A stretch of 64,000 nt of DNA from Octopus vulgaris (taxonomy: Eukaryota): assembly GCA_951406725.2 (NCBI GenBank), contig OX597836.1:29636001-29700000 (forward strand). Reading direction: 5' to 3'. The position numbers and the translations under genes were made by a program. The notes under the pieces are model-generated. The model was not told the DNA's origin, ran no database searches, and was given only the letters and a program-made list of their open reading frames with translations. Shown here piece by piece: positions 39,191 through 53,251 of this stretch. The stretch's first letter is position 1. The number at the start of each line of letters is the position of its first letter.

Positions 39191-40684
39191 TTATTGTTAA
39201 CCACTTATATATATATTATCAAATCACAATCAAAAATGGAAATTGTAGTTGTGGCTGATGCCAGTGCTGCCTCACTGGCCCTCGTGCTGGTAGCACACAA
39301 TAAACACCATTCATGCATGGGTCATTGTCAGTGCTGTCTGACTGGCTCCCCATTCCAGTGACACATAAAGGCTAGAAGTAGATGAAGGGAGCAAATAAGT
39401 GCTACGAGTACATTAAAAGCTAGAGATGTACATTTGCTCAAATGCCCAAGGAGGGGTTTAGAATAGTAAGCGATGATGTGAGATGGGCTTGGATGGTTGG
39501 AGGGAAGAAAGAAAGGAGCAGTGGTGTGATGTAAGAAGGTAATTTGGGATGGAGTTGACAGTGACAGAGGTGGACAAAGATAAGGGTGAGTGATAGAATT
39601 AGATAAAGATAAGGTGATGGGTGGTAATAGAATTGGCCCTTGGGTAGGGGAAGTGAGATCGTGATGACTGGTAGTAAAGAAGGGCAAAGAAGCTGAAGGG
39701 GATGCACTAAAGAAAAAGAATTATTGAGGCATGAGGACGGCCCAGTGCAGTCATGTATACAATTAGACCTAGCAAAGGGATGAAGGGGAGTCAATGGATG
39801 TGGGGAGAGTGAGCAACTGGTTGATGATGGCAGTTAAGGATTCAAAGGGTTTAAAGTCGGAAATGAGGAAAATGTATATTGTGTAATGACCATATATAAG
39901 ATCCATTTTTAGCAGCATTTAGTAGAGAAGGCATGTAGTTCTTGAGTCAGAAGTTCGTCATCATCATCATCATCATCATCGTTTAACGTCCATTTTCCAT
40001 GCTAGCATGGGTTGGACAGTTCGACCGGGGTCTGGGAAGCCAGGAGGCTGCACCAAGCTCCAGTTTGATCTGGCAAGTGTTTCTACAGCTGGATGCCCTT
40101 CCTAATGCCAACCACTCCGAGAGTGTAGTGGGTAGCTTTTTATGTACCACCAGCACAGGTGCCAGGGGAGGTTGGCAGTGCACAATCAGTTGGTGCTTTT
40201 TACATGCCACCGGCACAGAAGCCAGTCAAGGCAGCGCTGGTATCGGTCACATTCAGATGGTGCTTTTTACGTGCCACCGGCACAGGTATCACAACTACAA
40301 TTTCCATTTGATTTTTTTATTTTGATGTTGATGTACTTGACTCAATAGGTCTCCTCAAGCACAGCTGGTCTCCCTATGACCCAAGGTAAGCACAGCAGGT
40401 CCTTCACTAAGTATAAAATTCAATGTGTATTGATGCATAGTGTCAATGATTTGAAGAACAACAACATCAATTACTTTTTGAGATGGCCTTTTATTTAGAT
40501 GATTATTATGGTTGTCGTTATAATATAGAAAATAACTTCTGGGGTATGCCTCAAGAAAGTTAATTTCCATAATTTTCCTAGTTCAACACGTGAAAATAAT
40601 AGGTCAATGACTTGTGGAAAAAATGTGGATTAGGTTTTGAATTCTGGTTTAAGTATTTGGCAGCTGTTTGTTACAATTATATAC

Positions 40685-40730
40685 CTGGCAGCTACAGTTG
40701 TATATCTGGCAAAGTACAGCATATATGTGC
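40685..40730 (-). CDS. Candidate exon of an unidentified minus-strand gene
   Basis: TTTTTTATTTCATACAG acceptor, CAG|GTATAT donor. Frame TYMLYFARYTTVAAR joins in phase with 35879-35963. Confidence 0.3.
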
Positions 40731-43658
40731 CTGTATGAAATAAAAAATCTTGTACCATGGCTTCCCAACAATAGGAAGGTTCATGGCCTTTCATTTGATT
40801 CACTATCAATCTCCTAATCCTCAGTGCTTTCGCATACAGGCAATTGTACATACTGCTTTGTGGCATTCCTTCTGGCTTTATGTCCTGAGTTCAAATGCTA
40901 CCTAGGTCAAGTTTAACTTTCATCCGTTAGGGGTCAATAAAATAAATGCCAAAATATATAAAAGGCAGTGAGCTGGTAGAAACGTTAGCATGCCAGGTGA
41001 AATACTTAGTGGTATATCGTCTGTCTTTACATTCTGAGTTCAAATTCCACCGAGGTCGACTTTGTATTTCATCCTTTTGGGGTCAATAAATTAGGTACCA
41101 GTTGCATACTAGGGGCGATCTAATCGACTGCCCCCCTCCCCCAAAATTTTGGGTCTTGTACCTAGAGGCGTAGGAGTGGCTGTGTAGTAAGTAGCTTGCT
41201 TACCAACCACATGGTTCCGGGTTCAGTCCCACGGTGTGGCACCTTGGGCAAGTGTCTTCTACTATAGCCTCGGGCCAACCAAAGCCTTGTGAGTGGATTT
41301 GGTAGACAGAAACTGAAAGAAGCCCATCGTATATATGTATATGTATGTGTGTGTGTGTGTGTTTGCCTCCCCAACATCGCTTGACAACCGATGCTGGTGT
41401 GTTTACGTCCCCATAACTTAGCGGTTTGGCAAAAGAGACCGATAGAATAAGTACTAGGCTTACAAAGAATAAGTCCTGGGGTCGATTTGCTTGACTAAAG
41501 GTGGTGCTCCAGCATGGCCACAGTCAAATGACTGAAACAAGTAAAAGAGTAAAAGAGTAGAAAAGAATAAAATAAATACCAGGCAAGTTATGGGGTTGAT
41601 ATAATCAACTTCTCCCCTCAAAAACTGCTGGCCCTGTGCCAAAATTTGAAATCATTGGCAGAATTGTTAACCCATCAAGCAAAATACTTAGCCACATTTA
41701 GTCCATCTTTAAATTTTGAGTTCAAATTCTGCTGAGATTTGACTTTTGGAGTTGAAAAAATAAGTACCAATCATGTACTGGGGTCAGTATAACGGACTTC
41801 CCCCTCCCCTCAAAAATAACTGGCTCTGTGCCAACATATGAAACTGAGCTGGTAGAATTCTTAGCATGCCAGACGAAATGCTTAGCAGTATTTCTTCCAT
41901 CTTTACATTCTGAGTTCAAATTCAACTGAGTTTGACTTTGCCTTTTGTCCTTTTGGGGGTCGATGAAACAAGAATCAGTTGAGCGCTGGGGTTCATATAG
42001 CTGACCTGTCTCTTTGACTCCAAAATTTCAGGCCTTGTGCTTATATTAGAAAGGATTGTTATAATTACTGAGAATGAAAGGTAAAGTCAACTAGGGCAGA
42101 ATCTTTATGTTCTGGGTTCAAATTCCATCAAGGTCGACTTTGTTTTTCATCTTTTTGGAGGGAGAGAGAGAGAGAGATCATGATTTCATTTTTTTTAATT
42201 TTGCAGAGGGAATAGTTTAAGTACCCAAGGTACATGGCTGTGTGAATAAGGGTAGATAAGAGAGGAGGTGAGATAAAGAGGGGGATGAGAGAAAGAAAGA
42301 TCAGACAACTTAAGGGAACAGATTTATGGAGACAACAGTAAAAATACCTTCTAGAAAGAACATAACATGTGTTGTTGTTGTTGTTGTTGTTAAGCAACAA
42401 GACGGGTAAGGGTGATTAGGTGATGGTCTAGGGCTTAGGGGCAGGAGACCCCAGACCTTAGAAAAAAAACAAAAAACTTTAGTCGTCTTGTAGTCGAGGG
42501 CTCTTCGTTGACGTCCGACACCACTGGGAGGTGGCACTCGAAGTCACTGGAAATGGAGATCTCCAGGTCCAAATTCTTGGACGGCTAACATGTGTGTATG
42601 TGTATATGAGAAAGGAGACTAACACACATGTATGCACACACACACACACACACTACATATACAAGCATTCATGCACACCGTTCCAAACACATATTCACTG
42701 ATAACCAAAGACATATTTGAACTTGTGGTTGCAACTCTAATGATATACAAAGCGTATTAGACAAGCAACGTAGAAACTATTTTACTTCATTATACAAAAT
42801 TTCTACAAAATATTCTCAAACAGCTTAATAGCAACAAACTTTATATTTCATTAACATACTTACCCAGTTTTTAGCCATATTCTCTTGACATACGCATAGG
42901 TATTCATATGTTGAATAACCTTTATTTTGTATTCATAAATTTTATTGTTTCTTAATGTCACACTCTCTTTACAGTTGCCCATTTGTGCAGAGTACAATAT
43001 TGTGTGTGAATAAGGTGGCAAGCTGGTAGAACCGTTAGCATGCCAGGCGAAATGCTTAGTGGTATTTCATCTGGCGCTATGTTCTGAGTTCAAATTCTGC
43101 CAAGGTCAACTTTGCCTTTCATCCTTTCGGCGTCGATTAAATAAGTACCAGTTACACACTGAGGTTGATGTAATCGACTTAATCCATTTGTCTGTCCTTG
43201 TTTGTCCCCTCTATGTTTAGTTCCTTGTGGGTAGTAAAGAAATAGGTATTTCGTCTGGCACTATGTTCTGAGTTCAAATTCCGCCAAGGTTGACTTTGCC
43301 TTTCATCCTTTTGGAGTTGATTAAATAAATACCAGTTATGCAGTAGGGTCGATGTAATCAACTTAATCCCTTTGTCTGTCCTTGTTTGTCCCCTCTATGT
43401 TTAGCACTCTGTGGGCAATAAAGAAATAAATATTCCATGTGAATATATATCAATATATATTGATAGATATATAGGCGTAGGAGAGGCTCTGTGGTAAGTA
43501 GCTTGCTTACCAACCACATGGTTCCGGATTCAGTCCCACTGCATGGCTCCTTGGGCAAGTGTCTTCTACTATAGCCTCAGGACGACCAAAGCCTTGTGAG
43601 TGGATTTGGTAGTCGGAAACTGAAAGAAGCCCGTCGTATATATGTATATGTGTGTGTG

Positions 43659-43734
<76 letters not shown>

Positions 43735-44034
43735 GTATGTATGTATGTATGTGTGTTTGTCCCTCCAACATCACTTCACAACCGATGCTGGTGTGTTTAT
43801 GTCCCTGTAACTTAGCGGTTCAGCAAAAAAGACCGATAGAATAAGCACTAGGCTTACAAAGAATAAGTCCTGGGGCTGATTTGTCCGACTAAAAGGTGGT
43901 GCTCCAGGATGGCCACAGTCAAATTACTGAAGCAAGTAAAAGATTAAAGAGTATATGCATGTGGTTCTCAGGGAAATTCAACGCAACACAGAATGTGACA
44001 TACTGCCCTTTGAAATACAGCAATCTATCTATAG

Positions 44035-44075
<41 letters not shown>

Positions 44076-45559
44076 GGAGAGAGAGAGAGAGAGACTGACA
44101 GACAGACAAACAGACAGAGAGAAAGAGAGTTGAATTGTTGGTGAAATCATGATATTCTGGTGATCTTTATTTGCATTGATTTGTGAATATACAATTGTAT
44201 TGTATAAGGCATGGCATGCATACTCATTCAAACTTGTAAACAATTTTATTCTACACTGAATTTATTACTACATGAAGAAGGCTGTGAAATGTTCATAAAC
44301 CTAAGGATGTCAAGTGGTTAAATAAATATATTCATCTTTCATATCTCCTGACTTTATTGAATAACCTTGCAGATTCTTTATTAGAAATGCCAAGCTAATT
44401 TTACAAATTGTGAGGTAAAATTTGTTTCAAAGAAAATAGAGCAAAATAACATTTCTATTATGAGAAGTCCATAATAAGAGATTAATATGGAATTTTTAAA
44501 GAATATGTATTAGAATTAAACTGAATAATGTCAATATTTAATGATATAATTGTTAGAGAAAAAGGCAGTAGGAAATTGTGTCACTTGTGTGTTTCCATAG
44601 AATAATATGGTAGCAAATAAAGCCAATTCTACTGGGAACAAGACAGTCTACCCACTGAGAATCAGTGTTTGTTTTCTCTGATCCTCCATACAGAAAAATG
44701 GAAATAAGGCTTGTTAATAAAGACTGAAATAGAAAAGTACTGCATAGGGGACACAATAGGCAATGTTGCTTTTTATGTATATCTCCAGAGGCATTAAAAT
44801 ACCAGAACAATTCCATAGAGATTTGAACCTGAGCTTTAAAATCCTTTTTACGTAACATGCACCTTCCCTGCTCGAAACTGGAGTAATGCTTTCAGTAGAA
44901 TCCCATTATCAATGTTAAATAGTTTTAATAGCAAGTAATGGAACATTTATCAAAGCTCAACCGAGTGTGGTATTTAGGTTTGTAAGAATGTTCACAAAAA
45001 TGTTGGTATTTTTTTGTAAAAGACAAGCTAAAGTTAGTTTGAAGTATTGTTTTTTTTTATGACTTTTTTTATTCGTAAGGTACTAATAACATAGTTTATT
45101 AGCCTTTACTTGCAAATAACAGTAAAAACTAAAAAAATGTTGGTATTTTGTAATAGCAAAATTGCAATGGAATACTAAGGAGGGAGCCTCTATACCATTG
45201 CATGACCTGACAGAAATATATCTCATGTCACACTCTGATATCATAAAAGTTGTGTCAGTGTTAGAGAGGAATATAATAATTGAGGTTAGTGAATTAGTGG
45301 AATCAGCAGAGCATTGATAAAAATGTCATATTGTGTTACTCTTTTACTTGTCTCAGACATTTGACTGCGGCCATGCTGGAGCACCGCCATTAGTTGAGCA
45401 AATCGACCCCAGGACTTATTCTTTGTAAGCCTAGTACTTATTCTATCTGTCTCTTTTGCCGAACTGCTAAGTTACGGGGGAACATAAACACACCATCATC
45501 AGTTGTCAAGCGATGTTGGGGGGGGGGGTCAAACACAGACACACGAACTTATACACACG

Positions 45560-45613
<54 letters not shown>

Positions 45614-46937
45614 CATATATACATGGTATCGGGTTCAGTCCCACTGCGTGGCACTTTGGGTAGGTGTCTTCCGCTATAGCCCCGAGCCAACTGGAGCTTT
45701 GTGATTGAATTCGGTAGGCGGGGGTTACTGCCATGTGTGTATGTGTGCGTATAGCTGCTCAGTGCCTCTCCAAAAGAGAGAGAGAGGGTATGTATGTATA
45801 CATATATATGATGGGCTTCTTTCAGTTTCTGTCTACCAAATCCACTCACAAGGCTTTGGTCGGCCCGAGGCTATAGTAGAAGACACTTTCCCAAGGTGCC
45901 ATGCAGTGGGACTGAACCTAGAACCATGTAGTTTGTAAGCAAGCTACTAACCACAACCACTCCTGCGCTTAGAGCAGGTTGTGCTATTAAAATAATTTAA
46001 AGTTATTTTTTGCTGGCATGCCATTCAGAAAGTCCCATGAGCTGCAGTTTTCTCATGATTGGTACAGTGGTTCCAGTGTTGTCCTATAATTAATGTTTTA
46101 TTGTTGTTGTTGTTGTTATTTAGTCCCAGGCCATTTCTGATTGAACAGATCTATGATCAAAGCCATTCCAGTTATAACTGTCTTTTCATTTCCTTGAAAC
46201 GACATATACACATAATGTCTCCTGGCCTAATTATCTAAAGTGTCCTTGTATTTCCTACATGATAAGAATATAATATGAAGCAGACTTAGCTGCCATTTCT
46301 AGTAGGCCAAATACCCACATAGGAGACTCTTTTTTCTGTTTGATCCAAAGCTTTGTTGTTGCTATTGGTGTTGGTGTGATTTAGGCTCATTGAGCTTTGA
46401 CAGAGATCTACAACTAAAGGCGTTCCAGCCATGACCATCTCATCAGTTTATACATCAAGTAATAGTGTCCTATGCAGCCATTTTTTTTATACAACAGGTT
46501 ATGATTTGAAAGAGACTTCGCTGCTATTTCTAGCAAAGAGTACAACAAAATAGTGATTCCTTACAATGGAAATTTTATACAACAGATAGATGTGGTTTAC
46601 GGACTACATTTGTAGGTCAAATTGATTATTGATTATTGATTAGAACTTCAAAGTTTTATAAGTCATCAAGGACGGGGACACCTGGATATGAAATTAGACC
46701 AACAAAACATATAAACATGGGAACAGGGGGTGCAAGCGCATCTCCCCTTCTCAAATTTTGTGGGGGGCAATGAAAACGCTTTGAACCTTCTGGGTTGGAC
46801 TTGGGTTTGCATCAGCTAAAAGCAAATTTCATTTCCATGCTTATAACCGAACAAGAGAAGGAGCAAATGAGGGCAACCCCTGGAAAATAACAGTCAAGTT
46901 TTCTTTTTCATTATACACAGCAATCTTAAAACAACAA

Positions 46938-46969
<32 letters not shown>

Positions 46970-46975
46970 ACAGCA

Positions 46976-47470
46976 GTGGAGGCACAATGGCCCAGTCGTT
47001 AGGGCAGCAGACTCGTGGTCGTACGAACGCGGTTTCGATTCCCAGATCTGGCATTGTGAGTGTTTATTGAGCAAAAACACCTAAGCTCCATGAGGCTCCG
47101 GTGGGGGATGGTGGTGAACCCCACTGTACTCTTTCACCACAACTTTCTCTCACTCTTTCTTCCTACTTCTGCCACGAAGCAGAGGAACCATGGTGTAACC
47201 CACTATGGAGTGGTAAACTTTCAGACCCTAGTCTAGATTGCAAATCCTCTGTACCCCATGATGGTTCAGCTCTCCACCCGTTAAAAGCCACCGTTTACAG
47301 AATGAGGATAACAACATAGCTTTCATGCCCGTGCAACCACCAGTCTATCGTGTGTGGTGGGTGGATCTTCAAGTTGCCACATGCATTCTTAGTAGCTTAG
47401 AGTAGGCTCGAATTAGAGATTATTCTTTGTGGCTAATAGCGTGAGTCCTGATTGGAAGAAGAAGGAGGAG
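46976..47470 (+). mobile_element. SINE family C, tail type 3
   Basis: Same head and body; unrelated sequence after CTTTCTTCCTACTTCT, ending (GAA)n. Confidence 0.7.
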
Positions 47471-47808
47471 GAGAGCAGCAGTATACATTAAGGCACTCAT
47501 TGTTATATTTTGAAGGTTGTACACCATAATTTAAAAGAAAAGTCAGTCCTATCTTTGAAGCTTTTTACTGTGTGTGTGTTTTTCCTGAAGATAAGGATCT
47601 TGACATGGAAACTTTTCTGACAGGTTTATGGTCGAGCCTGTGGCAGTGGAGACCTGTGGCCATATTCTGTCACCCCACTTCCCAACATTCGGACCACATC
47701 TCTACTCACCACTATCAGGGCAGGAATAACTGAATAGCTGTCTGCAAAAGTGAGGCCCTGTGAGTCACAGTGGCTGTTCCAGTTCATCTCCCTCACCATC
47801 CTTTAGAG

Positions 47809-48105
47809 CAGTGGTTCCCAAAGAGAGTGGTATTGCCCTACTTGTGGCAGTGGAAAGTTCCAAGGGGGCATTGAGGAAAAGTGGAGCAATAATGGGGTAG
47901 TGGTTGATGTAAAAAGTGGGGCAATAATAGTGTAAAAACAACAAAATAATGGGTTCATTAGTTTAAGTTTTATTTGTGAAATACAGTTTCTTTGAATTTG
48001 CTTCAGAAAGAGGTCTATGTTTGTGATGATTAGTTGGGATAGGGCACTAGGAATGTGGCCTGAGTGTCAAGGGGACAGCAGCATGAAAAAGTTTGGGAAC
48101 CACTG
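47809..48105. mobile_element. hAT (Charlie-like) MITE
   Basis: TIR CAGTGGTTCCCAAA/TTTGGGAACCACTG; 8-bp TSD CTTTAGAG/CTTTAGGG. Confidence 0.85.
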
Positions 48106-49444
48106 CTTTAGGGCAATGCCTTTTCTGTTTTATCCACTGGAACCATGAAGTGAACTGACAGGTTGACAAATAGGAAAGACATGATAATTTAGGTGGGGCC
48201 CTTTGTCAAAAAGATAAGAAATAGCTAAGCAGTTACTATGCCAATGTTCTTATCTTTAAAATTTTTGTTGTGGAAAATATTTTGTGGTGTTATTATTTAT
48301 TTTATTTTATTTTTGTATCATTTAGTCAGAAGGGAAAAACAGTGCCCATGGCCTTTCAAGGTCACTAAAAATGGTGAACGGGAGAAAAGAAAGAAGGTTC
48401 CTTCAAACTGGAGACCTGTCCAAAATGCTTACAATAGAGTGAATTCCACGAATGTTACCTAAGGACCAGGTGCTATTTGCTGGACTGGACAACTGTATGT
48501 TTACAGAATATAAAGCAATCAATGAACATAAATCATTCCAAGTACTTGACTGGTTCTTTTACTTATCAACTCCAGAAAGATAAAAATCAAAGTTGTCTAT
48601 AACCAGATTTGAACTCAAAATGTAAGAGCCTAGAATAAATAATGCAAAGCACTCCACTGACTCAAGCTAATTCACCATATTATGTTTCCTTTTAATGTCC
48701 GCTTGAGTGGGTCAGACAGGGTTTATTGAGGCAGATTTTGAGATTTCCTAAGACCACATGTCCTTCCTTGTCACCAACCCTTACATGTTTCCTAGCAAGG
48801 TAATATTTCCTCATAGCTAGACATGTTTTTCACAGAAGATTAGAAATGAATGACACTGCTTGTATGACAGTGGCACTTGTTTACAACTAGTGTGCTATAT
48901 CAAGACAAAAACACAAATATACAAACACATACACATGCATGCATACACACACACACACATGTATATGTATATTTATATACTCTTTTACTTGTTTCAGTCA
49001 TCCGACTGCGGCCATGCTGGAGCACCGCCTTTAGTCGAGCAAATCGACCCCAGGACTTATTCTTTGTAAGCCTAGTACTTATTCTATCGGTCTCTTTTGC
49101 CGAACTGCTAAGTTACGGGGACGTAAACACACCAGCATCCGTTGTCAAGCGATGTTGGGGGGACAAACACAGACACACAAACATATACACTCACATACAT
49201 ACATATATATATATATATACAACAGGCTTCTTTCAGTTTCTGTCTACCATTTCCACTCACAAGGCTTTGGTCGGCCCAAGGCTATAGTAGAAGATACTTG
49301 CCCAAGGTGCCATGCAGTGGGACTGAACCCGGAACCATGTGGTTGGTAAGCAATCATCAATAGATCATATATCTAAAAAAGAATCACACTCTAAAAGCTA
49401 GAGCAGTAATGTATTTACATGCAGTTAAATATATGTCTGGTCAC

Positions 49445-49506
49445 AGAGTGACCAATGGTTTTGCATCCATAAAGCACTTAGTTTTATAAACGACTTGTCA
49501 GACTCT
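49445..49506 (-). ncRNA. Type I hammerhead ribozyme, degenerate (left arm of palindrome)
   Basis: Minus strand: TAGAGT-CTGACAA-GTCGTTTATAAAA...CTTTATGGATGC-AAAA-CCATTGG-TC-ACTCT. The core changes fit CpG decay of CTGACGA and CGAAA. Confidence 0.65.
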
Positions 49507-49632
49507 AATGGCCAAGGGCATATAACCTCTTTTCAAACTGGAGGTAGAAAATTGTTATGGTTAGAAAATTAACTGACCATAACGGTTTTCTACCACCAGT
49601 TTATATAAGAGAGGTTATATGCCCTTGGCCAT

Positions 49633-49695
49633 TAGAGTCTGATGAGTCGTTTATAAAGCTAAGAGCTTATGGATACAAAGCCATTGGTCACTCTA
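49633..49695 (+). ncRNA. Type I hammerhead ribozyme, degenerate (right arm of palindrome)
   Basis: TAGAGT-CTGATGA-G[stem II CGTTTATAAAG...CTTATGGATA]C-AAAG (GAAA mutated)-CC ATT GG-TC-ACTCTA. Stem I TAGAGT/ACTCTA is perfect; GUC cleavage triplet. Confidence 0.7.
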
Positions 49696-49756
49696 TAACT
49701 GGACATATGCTTAACTTTATGTAAATATATGTGTGTGTATATATATATATATATAT

Positions 49757-49807
<51 letters not shown>

Positions 49808-50168
49808 AAATTAGAAAATGGAGAAACATACTTAAATCAATCAAACATCAACCATCAGATGATACCCAATCAATACTTTATTACACCATTACATAACAGT
49901 AAAGGCATTATACAAAATATATTGTTAATATAATTAGACAAGGAAATAGAAATATAAAATATAATATATAATTATATCATATCTGACAGCTGTTTCGGCC
50001 GTAAGGGCAAGTATGCCTCATTTAACCTATACATACATACATACATATATATGTATACATTTATATGTGTGTGTGTGTATATATATATATTTCAATATGT
50101 GACTGTGTGTGTATTGTTGGCTATTTTCTTTCTCCATCTTTCCTTCCTTGGACCTTTCCTTTTTCTAT

Positions 50169-50203
50169 GTTTCTGACGAAGAGCTTCACTCGAAACGTTA
50201 AAT
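50169..50203 (+). ncRNA. Minimal hammerhead motif with intact core
   Basis: GTTT-CTGACGA-A-GAG cttca CTC-GAAA-CG-TT-AAAT. All core nucleotides present, 3-bp stem II, palindromic ACGT stem III as in PLE minimal hammerheads. Sits in a ~200-bp element (about 50095-50300) flanked by (TA)n. Confidence 0.6.
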
Positions 50204-50297
50204 CCTCTTTCTTTCTTTCCTTTCCTGAGCGTCCAATAACACTATACTTGTTCCACGTCCTCGTGTTGTTGTATTTTCTCTTTGTTCATGTTTGGAT

Positions 50298-50343
<46 letters not shown>

Positions 50344-50867
50344 ACACACACACACACACCAAATCCAGTCACAAGGCTTTGGTTGGCCCAGGATTATTGT
50401 ACAAGACACTCACCCTAGCTGCCACGCAGTGAGATTGAACCCATGAAAATCCTGTAGCGAGGAAACAGACTTCTCAACTATAGAGCAACACCTGAGCTTA
50501 TTTGTATAATCTACAGACGCCTCAGTATTTAATATTTACACATTAAGTAACTCATGACTTTGTTTTGTTTTGTTCTGGTATTGTCCGTACATAAATCATT
50601 ATTTATTCATAATCAAACAAACATAATATTTGTTATGATATAAAATAAGTGTAACTAAGATAATTTAAATTCACCCCACCTTTTATGATATGTGATGAGA
50701 GACGTCGTACAACAAAAGCTTTTTATTAATGCAACAATATGACTGTTGCTGAGGCAATCAAAAGCAATGGTTTACTCTAATTTGAAAGCAGTGCTTTTGT
50801 CTCTGAATAATAGTTTCAGAACTGAAGGCAAACTTGTCCATATTTATATTGAAGCATGAGGTCTGTA

Positions 50868-51123
50868 TTCATCATCGTCGTCATCGCTGCCGCCGCTGCC
50901 ATTGCCGTCGTCATCGTTGTCATCATCATCATCATCATCATCACCATCATTATCACAACCACCACCATCATCATCATCATCATCAACACCATCATTATCA
51001 CCACCACCATCACGATCATCATCATCATTATCACCACCACCATCACCATCATCATCATCATCATCACCATCATTATCACCACTACCACCACCACCACCAT
51101 CATCATCAACACCATCATTATCA

Positions 51124-51159
<36 letters not shown>

Positions 51160-51182
51160 ACACCATCATTATTACCACTACC

Positions 51183-51216
<34 letters not shown>

Positions 51217-51218
51217 TC
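50868..51218. repeat. (CAT/CAC)n compound microsatellite
   Basis: Direct reading; source of the poly-His/Ser/Ile ORFs. Confidence 0.95.
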
Positions 51219-51954
51219 GTGTCATTGTTAATGTCTACTTTTCCATGCTTGCATGGATCAGACGGAATTTGTGGAGGTGAAATTTTTGTTCTATGGACGA
51301 ACTTTCCCTTCCTGTTGTCAATCCTCATCTGTTTCCAAGTAACGTGATACTTCCCATGACCAGACATGTTTTCATGGAAGACTGGAAATGCAGGACATTG
51401 CTTGTATGTCACTTGCCTACAACTATCACATAATGTTAAAATACACACACACATACACAGACATATACATACACATATGCTATGGGCTTCTTTCAGTTTC
51501 CATCTATCAAATCTATGCACAAAGCTTTAGTTGGCTTGAGGCTATAGTAGATGATGTTTTCCCAAGCTGCCACACAGCAAGATTGAACTTAGACCCATGT
51601 GGTTAGGAAGCAAATTTCTGCCAAAAAGCCACGCCTGTTTTTGCTTTTAGAGCTTGGTTACAGTGTTGCCAATATTCAATCACAATTTATATTCATTAAG
51701 GCAGTTAATTGTTTGAATCATTAGAACATCAGATTGAGTGCTTTGCAGTCTTAATCTGACTCTGTGTTCAAATCCCATCAATGTCACTTTCCTTTCTATT
51801 TGCTTTGAGTTGATATATAGGCATAGGAGTGGCTGTGTGGTAAGTAGACACTCAACGAACCATGCAGTGGGGTTCAACCTGAAACTATATGGCTGGAAAG
51901 CAAACTTCTTATCACACAGACACACCAGTGCATCAACATTCAAGCATTGCTTCT

Positions 51955-52735
51955 ATCTTTCCAAATCCTGCTGCATTTCACATGGAATTTTTGGTCTGCC
52001 AAAATTGTCTTGGTGTATAAGTTGGCCTACCTTGTTTGGCTGTAAAGTTGATCTAAAAAATTCAACTTATATTCTAGAAAATACCATATTTTCTTGAATA
52101 TAAGTTCAGCTTGTATTCTAGAATATAAGTTGAATACAAAACATAAGGGTGTGATTTGAAAGAGATTTTGCTGCTACTTCTAACAGATCTAGCAACCATA
52201 TAGGAGGTTTCCCTCATTATCTCATGCATACATAAACTATTTCCCCACATACCAGTCAGCTAGTATATAGTATAGATATGTAGGGTAACCATTCAAACAT
52301 CATTCTTCCAAATCTTGTTGCATTTCACATTATTTTTGGTTTTCCAGATTTGTCTTGGTGTATAAGTTGACCTAGCTTGTTTGGCTGTAAAGTTGATCTT
52401 AAAAATTCAACTTATATTCTAGAAAATACCGTATGTACATATACAAGACAGAAAGGTATGATTCGAAAGAGACTTAGCTGCTACTTCTAACAGATCTAGC
52501 AGCCGTGTAGGAGGTTTCCCTCATTAGCTCATGCATGCATAAACTATTTTCCCCACATACCAGTCAGCTAGTATATAGTGTAAACATGTAAGGTAAACAT
52601 TCAAACATCATCTTTCCTAATCTCACATTATTTTTGGTCGTCCAAAGTCGTCTCGTTATAGAAGTCAACCTACCTTTTGTTTGGCTGTACAATTTTGTCT
52701 GAGAAATGCAGTTTGTATGCCAGAAAAATAGAGTA
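51955..52735. repeat. Tandem duplication, ~310-bp unit x~2.5
   Basis: GCTGCTACTTCTAACAGATCTAGC...CCAGTCAGCTAGTATATAG occurs twice; the Tc2-like MITE end occurs three times. Confidence 0.75.
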
Positions 52736-53009
52736 TTCATCAGCCAAAGATAAAGATCAAACAATCTACCCCTTACGCTAATTACTGAGATTTTTTACTA
52801 CAGTGTTAGCTAAAATTACGAGAATCTAACTAATTATAGAAACAGTTGTTCCGATTTTTGTTTAATGTGTTTGCCCTAGTAAGTCGAGAGTTTATAATAG
52901 AGTGTTTACATTTCTATACAACAATCTAAATGATTTTCAAGCAACAGAGAAACATATTTGTTGATGCAGAATATTTTATTGATTTTTCTGCAAGTATTGA
53001 TGTGTTGGA

Positions 53010-53220
53010 GTATTTGTTTGTTTGTTTGTTTGTATGTATGTATGTATGTATGTATGTATGTATGTATGTATGTATGTATGTATGTATGTATGTATGTATG
53101 TATGTATGTATGTATGTATGTATGTATGTATGTATGTATGTATGTATGTATGTATGTATGTATGTATGTTTGTTTGTTTGTTTGTATGTATGTATGTATG
53201 TATGTATGTATGTATGTATG

Positions 53221-53251
<31 letters not shown>

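Larger units (their letters stand above)
49412..49727. repeat. Fold-back palindrome (~153-bp arms) of hammerhead-bearing PLE terminus
   Basis: 49412-49564 is the reverse complement of 49573-49727. Confidence 0.9.

Noticed and set aside
50816-51520. Poly-His / poly-Ser-Pro / poly-Met-Val ORFs
   Set aside because: Translations of a (CAT/CAC)n microsatellite abutting repeat fragments; open in several frames.
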